Shown here: one piece after another, positions 13,093 to 25,442 of the stretch
Layout of the letters: each line of letters begins with the position of its first letter
How positions within the stretch are numbered: the first letter of the stretch is position 1
Assembly (NCBI GenBank): GCA_013239625.1
Contig: MU053758.1
Location: 1,674,001 to 1,738,000, forward strand
DNA length: 64,000 bases
From: Lama guanicoe
Lineage: Eukaryota
Reading direction: 5' to 3'
Translations under genes and position numbers: made by a program
The notes under the pieces: generated by a model
Seen by the model: only the letters and a program-made list of their open reading frames with translations
Told to the model about the DNA's origin: nothing
Databases searched by the model: none

Positions 13093-13439
13093 CTGATGAA
13101 AATAAGAGAAGAGATGGTTACGCAGGGGCTGGGAGGACAGAGGAGGACGAGGGATAGGTTAGAGACCCTTGGTGCTCAGCACTCAGCCCTGGGAAGTGGG
13201 CCCTCCACCCTCCCGTGAACAGGAAGGTGGCAATGCCTGGTACATCCCATGCTCTACCGAGATTCAGGATGGCCCTGAGCAGGCTCCAGGCCTGCTGGTT
13301 GGGACAGGGGAGAACCGTCCCAGATGTTTATAAGCCACGCAATCTAGTCACAGTAACTGTCCTTGGAGAATTACAGGCAGGAAAAGACGCAGATGACCGT
13401 GACGGAAGGAACACACAAGATACTGGCAGAGATGAAGCA

Positions 13440-13760
13440 GAGCTGCGGGGTCAGAGTAATGGCATCTGGTTGTGGCGGGCCAGGGAAAACTTCCAGGAGG
13501 AGGTGGCATTTGAGCTGGGTCTTGAAAAATGAGCAGCTGGAGATTGGGAGGAAAGGCTGGCTGAGCAGAGGGACAGAGTGGGCAAGGGCCTGGGGTGGGC
13601 ACATGGAGAGTGTGTTGAGGGAATAGCCTAGCTTCAGCTGCAAAGAGGGGGCTGGGGCCAGGGGGCGCCCTTGAATGTCAAGTGAAAGAATTTAGACTTG
13701 ACTGGGTGGACAAACAGAAAGCATTTGAGTGAAACAGAGTGGGATGGGAACTGGACCCAG
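13440..13760. mobile_element. L2 fragment
   Basis: ggaaaacttccaggaggaggtggcatttgagctgggtcttgaa, a typical L2 3' region. Similar fragments occur at about 36470-36960 and 56860-57120. Confidence 0.65.
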
Positions 13761-16700
13761 GAGGGCTGATGGGGCAGGGAGTGGAAGAAGGAGGCTGGGG
13801 GTAAAGGCCAGGGCAAGGAGGCCTGTATAACATGATGGCCTTGGATTACAGGGAAAAGTGGACGATGCCAATTACCCCACAGCACCAGGCAATGGATGGG
13901 GAGCCGTGGCCATCAAGGCAGCGTGGCAGTGTCCTGTGGCAGGACAGATGAGTGAGGAGGGCTCCCTGCTCCCCTAGAATGAGGGGCCTCAGGTTCTCCC
14001 TCACTCACAATGACCTAGGGTCACCCTGACTTCCCTAGAGACCAGAAGGCCCCTCCAGATGGCTTAGGACAAGGGAGGAGTGGCCTGGAGGCCGAGTTGG
14101 TTCTTGGCAAAGCTGAGGGCACCCTGCTGACCGGTGCCAGCCTCAGCAGGAAAACAGAGGCAGCAGATGGCCTGGCCCTGGGGTGCCTGGCACCAGCGGA
14201 CAAGATTCCCTAGGCTTCAGAGCCACTGGCAGAGGGGCACTGCGGGTCCCTGATGGGGGGAGGACACCATGGCAGGATGTCCTGAGCCACCTGAATACTT
14301 TCATGAATGGCAGGAAGGAGCTGGGGAGGGGTACTGTTGAGGTGGAGGCTTCAGATCTCTAGGGTGGAAGGGATGCCAAGCTGGGGCTGGGATGAAGAGG
14401 TTTACTCTCCAGGACAGTCCCATTTGGGCCACAGTCCCCACCTCTCCCCCCAGCAGGGCTCCAAGAGATGCAAAATAATAGTCACATGCCAGGCAGAGGA
14501 AGGGGACAGCAAAGTCTGTGCCCTAACCAGTGCCTGGAACAATCTGTGGATACATGCCACCTCCATGGGTGCCAGGGGACAACCACAGGTGCTGAGGGGA
14601 GGGGAGGGGCTGGAGTAACAGGCTCTAGTCACAGCTGCCTGTGGCCTTGGCAAGGGGAGGGGTAGCCGGGGGAGTGGACACATGGAGGTGGAGGGGGGCA
14701 TGGCAGACCCAGGCAGAGGGCATGGGAAGGTTTATGATGAGAGTCATGTCTGCAGCCCCGGCGGCGATGGACAGCTCTGCAGAGAAGGCGGCCATCCCTC
14801 ACCTATCACCACCATCACACCGTGTACGCACAGGCCACCCAGAATGGCCTGCAACACCAGGCCCCACACAGCGCTGCGTGCAGACTCGCAGGCAGTGTCC
14901 GATAAGGACATCGCTACACACACACCCAGAGCAACAAAGACAAACCTACAGAAGGACACACGCCCCCGGAGAAAAGCCCTCCACGGTTATAAACAACCCC
15001 AGAAACAAACAGAAACTCAGAGACAGAGATACTCATATGAGGATCACCCCCACTCATATAAAACATGCACCCCCCCCACAGGACACTGACTTGCTCACAC
15101 ACACTCCCACAAGCACCACTCCAGTCAGAATCACGGAGGTGCTGGCACCGTTCACACACCCCTAGCCCCTACGAATCACAGAAACACACAGAGACATGGA
15201 TTCCCATTCACACATATGTACACACACACACAAACCCAGCTACAGAAACACAAAAGCAAAACACTCACTGTACGTACACATACAAAGAGAAAGTCTCATC
15301 CCGCCACCCCCCAGCTAGCCAGGTCATGGTGCCTCTGGCCACCTTAGCCACTGTGCGATGTCCATGATGTCCCAGGTATCAGGTGTCAGGTAGGTCAACT
15401 TCTGATTCAAAAGAAGCAGAGATCTTCCCCACCCCAGCCCCCAGAAGTCAACACTTGAGACTCAGTACGTAAAGATGGCTGAGGCCCACTTCATATCTCT
15501 GGAAGGGAGACAGGGATGGGGCCTGGCTACAGCCACACTAGCTATGCCCTCAACATGGGCCTGCCTCACACTCTAAGACTGGGCACATCCACAGGGCAGT
15601 CAGACCTGGAAAGGAAGGATCACTCACTGGGGCCCGGGGAGAGGACTGGGTGACATCATTGCCACGGGACAGGCCAGCAAAGCCCCACTAGAAGGTAAAG
15701 ATGGAAGAGTTGCTGTCTTTGTGCTTGGCGAACTGAGAGCGCGGCTGAGATCAGAGTCCTAGGACTTTGGGTTCTGGCCTGGAAAGCACGCTGAGTGAAC
15801 CCCACCCCTACGTCACCTCTGGAAAGTGAGAGGGATGATCCTCTCTCCTGTTGGCCCCACCAGGAGTGAGACAGAGTCTCCCGGCAACTCAGTGTCCTTG
15901 GAGGAGAGAAACCATTATGGGAAGAGGTCCTCAGGGATGCCGTCCATCCTCTGTCTCTGCCTCTTTCCAGGGTGTTAAGCCCGTGGGACAGCCTTGGGTG
16001 ACTGAGAGCAGAGGGCTCTGCCTGTTTGCTAAAGAAGGGCTCTCCTCTTCCAGCCTCCAGCGCCCTTTACTCCTCACCCTGTTCCTGGTTGTCTGGTCCT
16101 CCTGCCCTGCCCTACACTGTGGCTGGTATATAGTAGGCTTTCAACAAATATTTGATCATGAATGAATGCCAGGAGAACAGGACAGGCCACTGGCAGAGGG
16201 GGATAGTTCTGAAATGCTTGTCTGGCAACTCTCTGTCTCCTGGCACCCAGAACTGCTCAGCCTTCTAGGTCTTTTCTCTTGGAATTCCCCAGTACCAGAG
16301 AACCCCTGGAAGGAGGACAGAGGGCAGGAAGGGTCCAAGAGAGGTCTGGCTCCCCAGCCCAAGCAAAAACCTCTAGTAACTAGGGTGAAGCTGTCTCCAC
16401 TGAGAGACAGGCTGGGGTAGGGGGCAGTGAGAGGGTGAAAGCAAGAAAGGGTTGAGTAGGAGAACCCCTGCCAGGGTAATCACTTGCAGAGAAGAATCTT
16501 ACAGCAACTGGGGCAATGAGAGGTGTTCTAAGAGGATAAGATGGAAACCAGCCATCTACTCCGCAGGGACAAGGCTTTCAGAAATATGCAAAGAGGAGCT
16601 TCTTGGAGACCCAGGGCCAAGGGTCATCAAGCTGCCTGGTGAGTAGAGGAAACAGCTTCTTCCTTCTGGGGGATAAGGAGTTAACTCCCTCCCTTCTCCA

Positions 16701-16890
16701 CCCTAAGCACCCTGTTGGGGTGGGGGTGTCCTTCCCTCGGCCAGCAGCTGGCCCTTTCTCCTGCCCTGGGAGGGGTGGGGCCGTGTCCCTCGGGAGCCCT
16801 AGAGCAGCCAGCTGAGGTCTCTCCCCTGTCCTGGGCAGACGTGCCCTGTAGGCTAGGTGAGTGCGTGACCCCTCCCTGACCTCGAGCCCC

Positions 16891-16911
16891 GACGACGACG
16901 ACGACGACGAC
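16891..16911. repeat. (GAC)7 trinucleotide repeat
   Basis: gacgacgacgacgacgacgac at the edge of the CpG island. Confidence 0.9.
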
Positions 16912-17621
16912 GCATCCTCTCGAGAGGGAGGACAACCTATAGGTCGCATCCCCGCTCTTTAGTCCCCTAGCTCCGCGTGCCCCAGCTCACACACCCACCT
17001 CTCAACTCCTGTGAACATGCGTCCACATAAACACTCGCCCCACACCCCCCGCCAAGGCTGGGGCTCCTCAACCCCCCCCCCCAGGACGCCGGTCTCCCAC
17101 CTCGACGCACGTGCACGACCACCCCCTCCCCTGGCGTGCCCATCCACACGGTCACCGAGCCCTTCCCGATGCAGAGTGCGTGAGGTGGGGGTGTGTGCTG
17201 CGGGACCTCCGCTAAGCCGGGGGCGAGGGCGCACCCCGGAAAGGTCATGACTTTCCGAGGTTGGGGGAGGGGACGCCAGCCGCATTTTGGGGTGGGGGCG
17301 GGGCTCCTGCGGAAGGCTGCCAACGCGATGGAGGAGGGGAGGGGGCGTTTCTCAGAGATCCGGAACCGCAACGGCCTGCGCGCCCCCCACCCCCGGACCG
17401 CCCCTCCGATCCATGGGACGGGCTCCCCATCTCCGCGCCTCAGCCCCCGCAGAACCCGAGGCTGCAGCCCGCGCCCCCGCGGCCGCTCCCCCTTACCTGC
17501 GGCCACAGGTGTACGCGCCGGGCCCCCAGCCCCAGGTCCCGCGTCGGGTGGCGGAGGGAGGGCGGCCCCCTACACCCACCCACCCGGGCTCTTCCCTCCC
17601 CCGGCCGCCTCCGCAGCCGCC

Positions 17622-17756
17622 GCCGCGGGTGCCCTTTGCTGCAATGCGAGAGCCGCCGCCGCCGCCGCCGAGCCGGCCCGGGCCCCGGAGCCGCGGGTGC
17701 CCTTTGCTGCAATGCGAGAGCCGCCGCCGCCGCCGCCGCGCCGGCCCGGGCCCCGG
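17622..17756. repeat. 68-bp-period tandem duplication (2 copies, near identical)
   Basis: gccgcgggtgccctttgctgcaatgcgagagccgccgcc...gccggcccgggccccgg occurs at 17622 and 17690, with one internal mismatch. Confidence 0.95.
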
Positions 17757-19734
17757 TCGCCCCGGTAACCGCGACTCCACCTGGCGCGGCACGGCGCGCA
17801 GCCGTGCACATCCTCTCTCCGGCCCCCTCCCTGGCGCGGCCCCGCCGGCGCAGCCCCGCCGAGGAACGGCGGAGGCTGGTGGCTGCGTCGCCGCGGTCAC
17901 CCGATACGCCGGCCCGCCACCCGGGACTCGGGTTGCAGCAGGAGGGAGGGAGGTTAGACAGCCTAATGGAAGCGGGGGAGGGGCTGCGGCTTGGAGTCTA
18001 GCCTCTGGTCCCCTCCCAGGATCCTCTTCAGGACCCCTCTCCCAACGGTCTGGCCTAGGGTGTGAGGGGAGGAGAGTGGCCTGCCTCCCTACTCGCCACC
18101 CTCTGAGCTTACAGCCTCTCACCACCAGGGTCTCAGCTGTGCACCATTGCCCTTCTGGCTCTCCTGTGACTCAATTCCCAGCCAAACCTGGGAGACCTAG
18201 AAATTTCCTTGGTGGCCTCTGATCCTGCTCTGCTGTGTGACTCTGACATTTGCTGAACGTCTCTGGTCCTGCACTTTACACAAAGGAGCCTCAGATCCAG
18301 CCATGGGAATGGGAAATGCAATGAGCACTAAGTATAAAGTGAAGACAAGATCATATGCGTAGCCACTTTCCTCTGGACCTATGAAGCCCTGGGGTGAGGG
18401 TCCCTTCAAGCTCTCCCCCTTCCTCCATCAGAGCAGATTTCAGATATGGACAGGCCTGGAATCTCATATCCTGGGACAATGGAGATGACCAAGTCCAGCC
18501 TCACTCCCCTCCATCACCCCAACCCAAGACCCTCCATCTCCTCCACCTGGGGAGCACACCTGTCCTCTGCCTCATCACCATCCCTGTCTCAGCCCCACTT
18601 TGACCTCCACTGCACACCTGGCCACTCAGGACAAGTCCATCCCACTTGCCATGCAGCCTTAGGGCAGACACATCTCTGCTCCCTAAGTTCAGTCAAGACG
18701 GAGCCGAGAGCTGGGGAAAGAAAATGGGCTGGGTGCCCTGTGAGTGATGCCAAGCTTGCCAGTCTGTTACTAGACTTGAGTTACACTCAGCTAAAAGTCC
18801 GTTCTCTGGAGCTTTGTCCTTTCCTAAGCTGTCACATTTTTCTTTCTCCTAATTCTCCTCGAAAAAGTCAAGCTTTGCTGCCCCTCCCCAGGAGGCGTGG
18901 GGTATGAGGGTAAGAGAGGATGGCACCCAGGTGACTCACTGGGTTCTCTGCCTCTGCTCTTCCTCTGCTACCCTCAAGTCATGGTCCCCTCAGAGCTGCC
19001 CCTGGCCTGTTGCAACTCTGACTCCCTGCCCCCTCCTCCCCTCTGGGGCTTCAATGCCTGTTTCCCCCCAGCTTCCCACAGTAATGTCCAGGCCTGAGCT
19101 GGGGGCCCAAGCCCTTAAAATCCTGTCTCAGTGTGTTCCTGTCCATCTGCCCATCAGGGAAACTGAGGCATGATAAGGATTCAGGAAATGGGTTCAGAAC
19201 AAATGGCTAGGTGTCAAGGTCCTCTTCCTTTTGAAACTAAGCCCTGGATACAGCAAGAGGGATGGGAGAGAGCCACCATGAACTTCCTGCTGGGGAGACA
19301 GCGGGGGATGATTGGGTCTGCTCAGAGATGGAGGGTAGGGTGGGGAGAGAGGAATGAGATGACCTGTAGTGGGGCTGTGAATTGGGTACAGGGGACAGAG
19401 ACTCTTGAAAACCAGTGGGGGGAGGAGGGAGGTACTCCTGTTTAAAGGAAAAAACGATCAAAAAAAATTTTTAACCTGACTATTCTCCCTCAAAAAAAAA
19501 AAAATTCCTTCCCCAAAGCCAAATTTTGCCATGAGTTTGGGGAGGTGGTGGTAGGAATTAGACAATCAGGGGGAGAAAACAGGGCATAGGAATCTCCTGA
19601 AAATGGGAGGGGGGTCTTACAGAAGAGAAAGGGATGCAAAATGAAAATCCTGGATATCCCCCCTCCAAAAAAATCCTCCTCAAAGCCCAAGTCGGCTATG
19701 GGTTTGGGGGGTGGGGTGGAGGTGGGTGACTCAC

Positions 19735-19833
19735 CTGGGCCGGCTGGCCAGCCCCGGAGGGGGCAGAGTCGCCATGGAGGTGGGAGCAGAGGGAGCTGAG
19801 GAGGCACACGGGGTCCACGGTCCAGCCGCCAAC
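19735..19833 (-). CDS. SRCIN1: SRCIN1 99-nt cassette exon (VGGWTVDPVCLLSSLCSHLHGDSAPSGAGQPAQ)
   Basis: acacag|GTT ... CAG|gtgagt; symmetric phase 0/0. The peptide matches the insert recalled from the long rodent isoform. Confidence 0.85.
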
Positions 19834-22800
19834 CTGTGTGTGCGAAGCGGGGGACACCCCATTAGGGGGAGCGGGCAGGAGCCGCTGGGGGCCTGTGACG
19901 GGGCAGGGAGGGGCGTTCCTGGGTGAGAGTGGCACAGAGCTCACATCGCAGAGGGTCCCCGCAGCTGGTTGCCTACCAAGGCTGGGTCTCTAACTAGAGC
20001 CCTGGGCCTGTTTGCAGGGTGTTTCTCTCCTGTCAAGCTGGGGGCTCTTTGAGCCCAGGGCAAGGTCTTCCCCAACAGATACTCTTGAAGTCCTTATCTT
20101 CACTTCTTGGCTGCCTCTTGGGACACTCTGCCAGGGAGCTGTCCCTCCCCTCTTCCCTCCTCCAGCTCTTCATCCCCTCCTCACTGAAGATGTCACCTCC
20201 CACCTCACAAACATGAGAACCATTCCACGGGGGCCTTATCCGAATGTGCCTCTGCCCCGAAAGGGAAGAGGCTTTCTTCTCCCACACCACACCTAAGGCT
20301 CAAAACCCGTGCCCTCCTGACTTCCCCAGGCCCTTTTCCCCCTCAGCATCCTCAGATTCCTCCATATCTCATCCGGTCACCCCTCAAACAGTTACTGAGG
20401 CAGCGTTATCCAGGCGTAGGCACTGAGCAGTCAATTTAAGTGAAACAGTGGTAGATCCTACCCACTTAAACCCTCAGGAAGGGAATGGATAGGTGAATGA
20501 ATGAATAAAGGAATGAACTTGTGAGTGAGCGGCCGTGCTTTGATTCATTTACTAAGTATTTACTGAGCAGCTACTCTGTGCCAGTGAACGTGTGAGACAC
20601 ACTGGAGGCCCTCAAGCACGCCCACGTCTTCTCTTGCAGGCCTGTTGCCCCTTGAAGCCGCCATCCTGGCTGCTTTCATCTCTTTTCTGGCCAAACCTTC
20701 CCAGACAGGCCTGCAGCCCAGCGCTCCTGGTCCCTCACCACCTCCAGCCTCTTCCACCCCTGACACTAGACGTTACCTCACCACAGAACGAGAAAGGCAC
20801 TCTGGAGAAAGGAGATCCTGGCCAGTCCCAACGGCTGTTTCTCTCTCCCCACCCCTCCTGACTTCAGAAATGCAGGGGGCCCTCCTGCTGGGCCTCTCTC
20901 CTCTTCCTCAGGAATGCAGGACATTCCTGGTTCCCCACTCCCCATCTGTCATGGGCCCTGTCCCATCTCAGACTCCATTCTGCCTTTGGTGACCACGCTT
21001 ACGTCAGGTCCCACCTCCATTTCTGCCCAGGTCATGCTCAGTCCCCCTCCTGAAGCTGTGGTCCCTTCAGAGTCTTGAGTTGCACATTTGGTGCCTAACA
21101 AACATCCCTGTGAAACCCCTACCCCTCCTCCAGCTCATCTCCCACTGTTCTGTCCCCCACTTGCTATCCCTCTGGTTTCCACCCAAGGCACCGACGTCTC
21201 CCTGTCACACAGGTTTTTCTGTCTTTGCCTCCTGGATCCAGGCTGCAAACAAACCTCACTCATCTTCCCTCCAACCCCACTCCCACCACATCCCTCTCCC
21301 TTCCTCCTTCCTGACACACTCTCTTCCTCCTCTCCTTCTCCTGCCTCCAGCCCCTCCCTCTCATCTCTTCCTAGTCACCATCTAAAAACAACCACGGCCT
21401 TCCTAGTCACCACCATCTGGCCCCCACACCTCCCACTGCCTCCCACCCCCAGCCTTCTGCATCAGCCAGTTGGACCTTAAGGTGCCAGTCCCCAAACCAA
21501 CTCAGGCCTATGCTCACCTCCCACCCCCCACCTCGTAAAACAACATTCTCTTCCTCCATGACTATTCAGACCTTTTTCATCCTTCTATGCCTAATTTATG
21601 TACCTCCTCCTCCAGGAAGCCTACCCTGATCAGGCCCATCCACCTGATCTCCTTTCTTCCAAACTGTCTTCCAACTGATTATGCCCTTTATACTTAAGTA
21701 TAACCATCTTTTCACCCCACCTAATCACAATGCCCCTGCCTCCTCCTCCTAAGCCAGAGCACACAGAGGGAATCCACTGAAAGGGATCCCTGAAGATGAG
21801 GACCAGATCATTGACCTTACCCCAGTTGGAACTCTGCTCCCAGGAGGACTCTGGAGCTGATAAAAGCTGGACAGAACTGGAGGTAACATCAGGGGCAGAT
21901 AAGGTACCGGAAATGCACCAATGTGCCCTTGTTCCCTACAGTGAGGCTAGGGAACAAGGACACATTGTGACAAGGGTGGCAAACTCTTCCCTCTTCCCAG
22001 CCACACCAGTAGGACTTGGAAAGAGGGACCAAGCAAGACAGGTGTGGGAGCAGGGATTGACACCCCAAGGCTTGATTAAAAAGATGCTGATTGGATATCA
22101 CCCTCCCCTGGGTCCTTTCTCGCAGGTAGGACAATGCTTGAATCTCAACAGCCAACGTGTAGCAGCGGTCAAGGCCCCTCACCAATGTGGGACTGGGAGC
22201 AGAAGGCCAGTCCCAGAGAGAACTCTCCTGCAGACAAGAAGGTCAAACTTGGATGCAGAGATGCATCCAGGAACCCAAGTATCTGGGAGGGATTTACAAA
22301 GAAAGCATTGCATTCCATGTAGAAGGAGATAGGTTCTGGACCAGAGGCAGGAACCCTGACTCCTGTCTAAGCCTTACTGATGGCAGGAGAGAAACAAGGC
22401 ACAGAGAGAGGTGTCCTCTAGCTCAAAGTCACACAGCGAGTCTTGGGGGAAGAAACAAATGGGGTAGGGGAGGGAAGAGGAGGTAAAAGGCCCCAGGAAT
22501 TCTGGACTCTGTTCTTGCAAGGGTGGGGCACATCAGACCCAGCCTTCTGAAGCTCCCAAAGCCTGATCTTTCCTTAGGGGCCATATCACAGAGGTGCTGC
22601 CTCCAAGGTCTCAACTCCACCACCTGATGGACCCTCAGACTCAGAACAGTCAGTCCACAAGGCTGTCCCCTCTTCCTCCCCACCTTGGCCTCCAAGACTG
22701 CCTTCCTCTGCTCAGTCCAACAGCCTGAGTGAGAGACTGGGCTCTCTCTGCTCAGTCCCAAGCTCTAAATTCCAGGACTGCAGCCAGAGGTCTGGGGGCT

Positions 22801-22969
22801 GAGCCCGCACCCCTTCCTCCCCAGGCTCCAGAAAAGGCCAACCAGGGCAACTCCAGGACTTATGCTCTCCCCTCTCTGCCCCAGACACCTCTCAGAATCA
22901 GGATGAGCCGGGGAGCAGGGGAGCATAGACCCCCCCTCCCCAGCCTTTATAGGGGGGGCCCCCACTCAC

Positions 22970-23271
22970 CTGCTCCCGCATCCTGTCTTGCTGACCTCGC
23001 AGGGCTAGGGCGTGCTGGGGGTACTTGCTCTTCAGATGGTCCATGAAGGCATCGCGCTTGCGATCGGCATCGGCCTTCTGGAGCCCGCTGAGCGCCTCCA
23101 GGCTCTGGGCAGCGATCACCGTGTGCCGCCGCTCCGACGTGTGCACCAGCCCCACGTTGGAGAAGCGCCGGCCCCCGCTGCCCCCGCCGCCCCCGCCCCC
23201 CCGGGTCCGGTACTCCCGCGGGTACTCGGCATCGTCTGCAGACAGCATGGGGGGGCTGCTCCGCTCCGGAT
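22970..23271 (-). CDS. SRCIN1: SRCIN1 exon 2 (DPERSSPPMLSADD...QQDRMREQ)
   Basis: Acceptor ctctcgcag|AT and donor CAG|gtgagt; 302 nt; ends in phase 0. Confidence 0.96.
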
Positions 23272-24767
23272 CTGCGAGAGGGGAGAAGGGGGACGGCGGG
23301 GTCATGGTGCGCCCAGCCTGGGGCTGCCCATGACCCTTCGGGGTCACTGCGAGGAGGGGCAGGCCTAAGGTGGGAGGTGCCTCTTGAGGCTCCTAGCGTG
23401 AGGCGGGGGCTGCCCAACCTCCTTCAGGAACAGAAGAGGCAGAAGAGAGGATGGGGTGGAAAGTGAGCCCTGAGCTCCAAGGAGGGTGGAGAGCAAGGGC
23501 AGTGTCCAGCTTCCTGCTCTTCTGCCGGTGGGTTTGGAGGGATAGTGACTGCAGATGAGGTGTTGCCCTTTGAGGCCAAGGAGAGGTTGAAAGCAGGAAG
23601 GTGCTGAGGACACCTCCTCTTTTTTCCTTCCTGACGCTGGTGTGAGCAGGGGAGGGAAGGGGAGTTCCCTTTTAGATGCTTCCTGGAAACTGTGGGAAAG
23701 AGCCTGCACCATCTTTCTTTCAAGAGCATCCTCTAAGGAGAGGCAGGATGGAATGGGGGTGGGTCAGACTAGACTTTGGGACACATTTGTCCTAAAGGCT
23801 GGAGGTTGGCTTGGAAAGGGCCCAGCACTAGGAAACATAGGGGGAATGGGGGCAAAGATCACATTTGGGATTCCCAAAGGGATGGAGGCCCAGAATCTGG
23901 GGCAGGGGACCCCCTTTCCCCTCCCTCCCCAGAGACAGACAGACAGACAGACAGGAGAGGCTGGGCACAGAGAGGACAGTGAGAGATGGACTGGGGACAA
24001 ACTCAAAGAAAGCAGACAGAACAGCTCAAGCTTTCCCTCTGGGACTCGCCCCTCCCCTATCCCTCCCCTCAGGCTCCCTTCCCAACAAACAGACACAAGT
24101 TCAAGACCTATAAGGGACGCATGGGGGACAAAGGACAGTACAGAAGCAGAAAAAAAAAGAGAAGGCCGGGGGTTGAGGTCTCCATGCAGAACTCTAAATC
24201 CGTCCCCACACGTCCACCAGCGCTGAGCTCCTGGTCTCCCCTAGGCCCAGCTCTGCTGTCTCCCACCATCCAGCCTCAGTGTTGTCTGACCCTCCCACAG
24301 CCCGGCAGGGGACAGTGGTTCCAGAGTGTCACCCATTCCAGGGGTGGAACTGCTTGGGCTTACTTGAACCTTATTCTTGGGCCTAAAACAGGTTTGCCCT
24401 CCCTCATCCCCAGACATCACCCTCATTGGGAGACAAACACAGTCTTCGTGGGGCACCCACAGCCTGACAGTCCACTAGCCTCAAAGCAACACCCTCTAAG
24501 TGTAGCCCAGGTCTGGGGAACCAAGCACTGTAGCAAACAGGCACCCTGACGCAGGGGTGGACTCCCAGGGTTGACAGGAGCAAAAGAGGAGGAAGCTGGG
24601 GATTCTGGGATCCCACTAGATTCCATCCAGCCCAACCCTTGTCAGTCCCCTCCCTCCACACATCCACTGTTCAGCAGGCCCCCCGCCAGGCCTCAGTCTC
24701 CTCCTGTCCACCACGGGAGGAAAGAGGCGATTCAGTCATATTCCTGGAAAAGCCACCCCTCGCCCAC

Positions 24768-24796
24768 CACACACACACACACACACACACACACAC
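24768..24796. repeat. (CA)n microsatellite
   Basis: About 14 uninterrupted CA units. Confidence 0.95.
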
Positions 24797-25378
24797 CACA
24801 CACCCCTCTTTGGGCTGCGGCCGAGGCATGCAGATCTCGGGGACAGATCCCTAGAGGACCCAGCACCTCCCACCAAAGCCAAGGGAAGGATGGCTCCCGT
24901 GGACACAGAGCTTCGCAGCTTCCAAGATGGCTGACTGACCGCCATCACCATGGCCTTCAAACTTCCCAACACGTCTGTGGAGGTGAGGGGTATTACTGTG
25001 GCCCCATTTCAGAGATGGGGCTACTGAGGTCAGAGAAGTCTAGTCACAAGCACAAAGCCACAGTGAGTGGTAGAGGCCAGATTTGACCTCAATATTTATT
25101 ACGTTCACCTCATTCATTCCCACCACACCTTCCTGGCCAGAGGACAATTGTTTATTGATGGAACAATGACATCACCATCATTTCTTGTTTACCTGTCATC
25201 TCCCTACCCTGCACTGGGGCTGGGGTCCCTCCCGCCTCACTCTTGTAGGCATCTGTCCCTCTTACCACAGTCATAACCCTTGGCTGTGCTCCCCAAAGTG
25301 AGGTCCAGATACACTAGAGATGACTGTGGGAGGAACTGTTTCATAGTGTAATAGTTACACCTTTATTTTCATAAGGAT

Positions 25379-25442
25379 TTTTTTCTTTTTCCTTTTTTAA
25401 CTTTTTTTATTGAGTTATAGTCATTTTACAATGTCGTGTCAA
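25379..25442 (-). mobile_element. Ultra-short L1 3'-terminal insertion of the same family
   Basis: Reverse complement of the 27227-27270 L1 tail plus poly-T; TSD ataaggat at 25371-25378 and 25443-25450. Confidence 0.85.

Larger units (their letters stand above)
16860..17960 (-). promoter_or_regulatory. Intragenic CpG island; candidate internal promoter and alternative first exon ending at donor 17497
   Basis: Dense CpG, (GCC)n runs, and a consensus donor CAG|gtaagg at 17497/17496. Confidence 0.65.

Noticed and set aside
15618..15660. Possible mini first exon (ATGATGTCACCC...CA|gtgagt, minus strand)
   Set aside because: It ends in phase 2, which is incompatible with the downstream phase-0 acceptors, and has no other support.
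17193..18222. Long plus-strand ORFs (191, 246 and 311 aa) over the internal CpG island
   Set aside because: Low-complexity Pro/Arg/Ala/Gly translations are expected from stop-poor GC-rich DNA, and no domain is recognisable.
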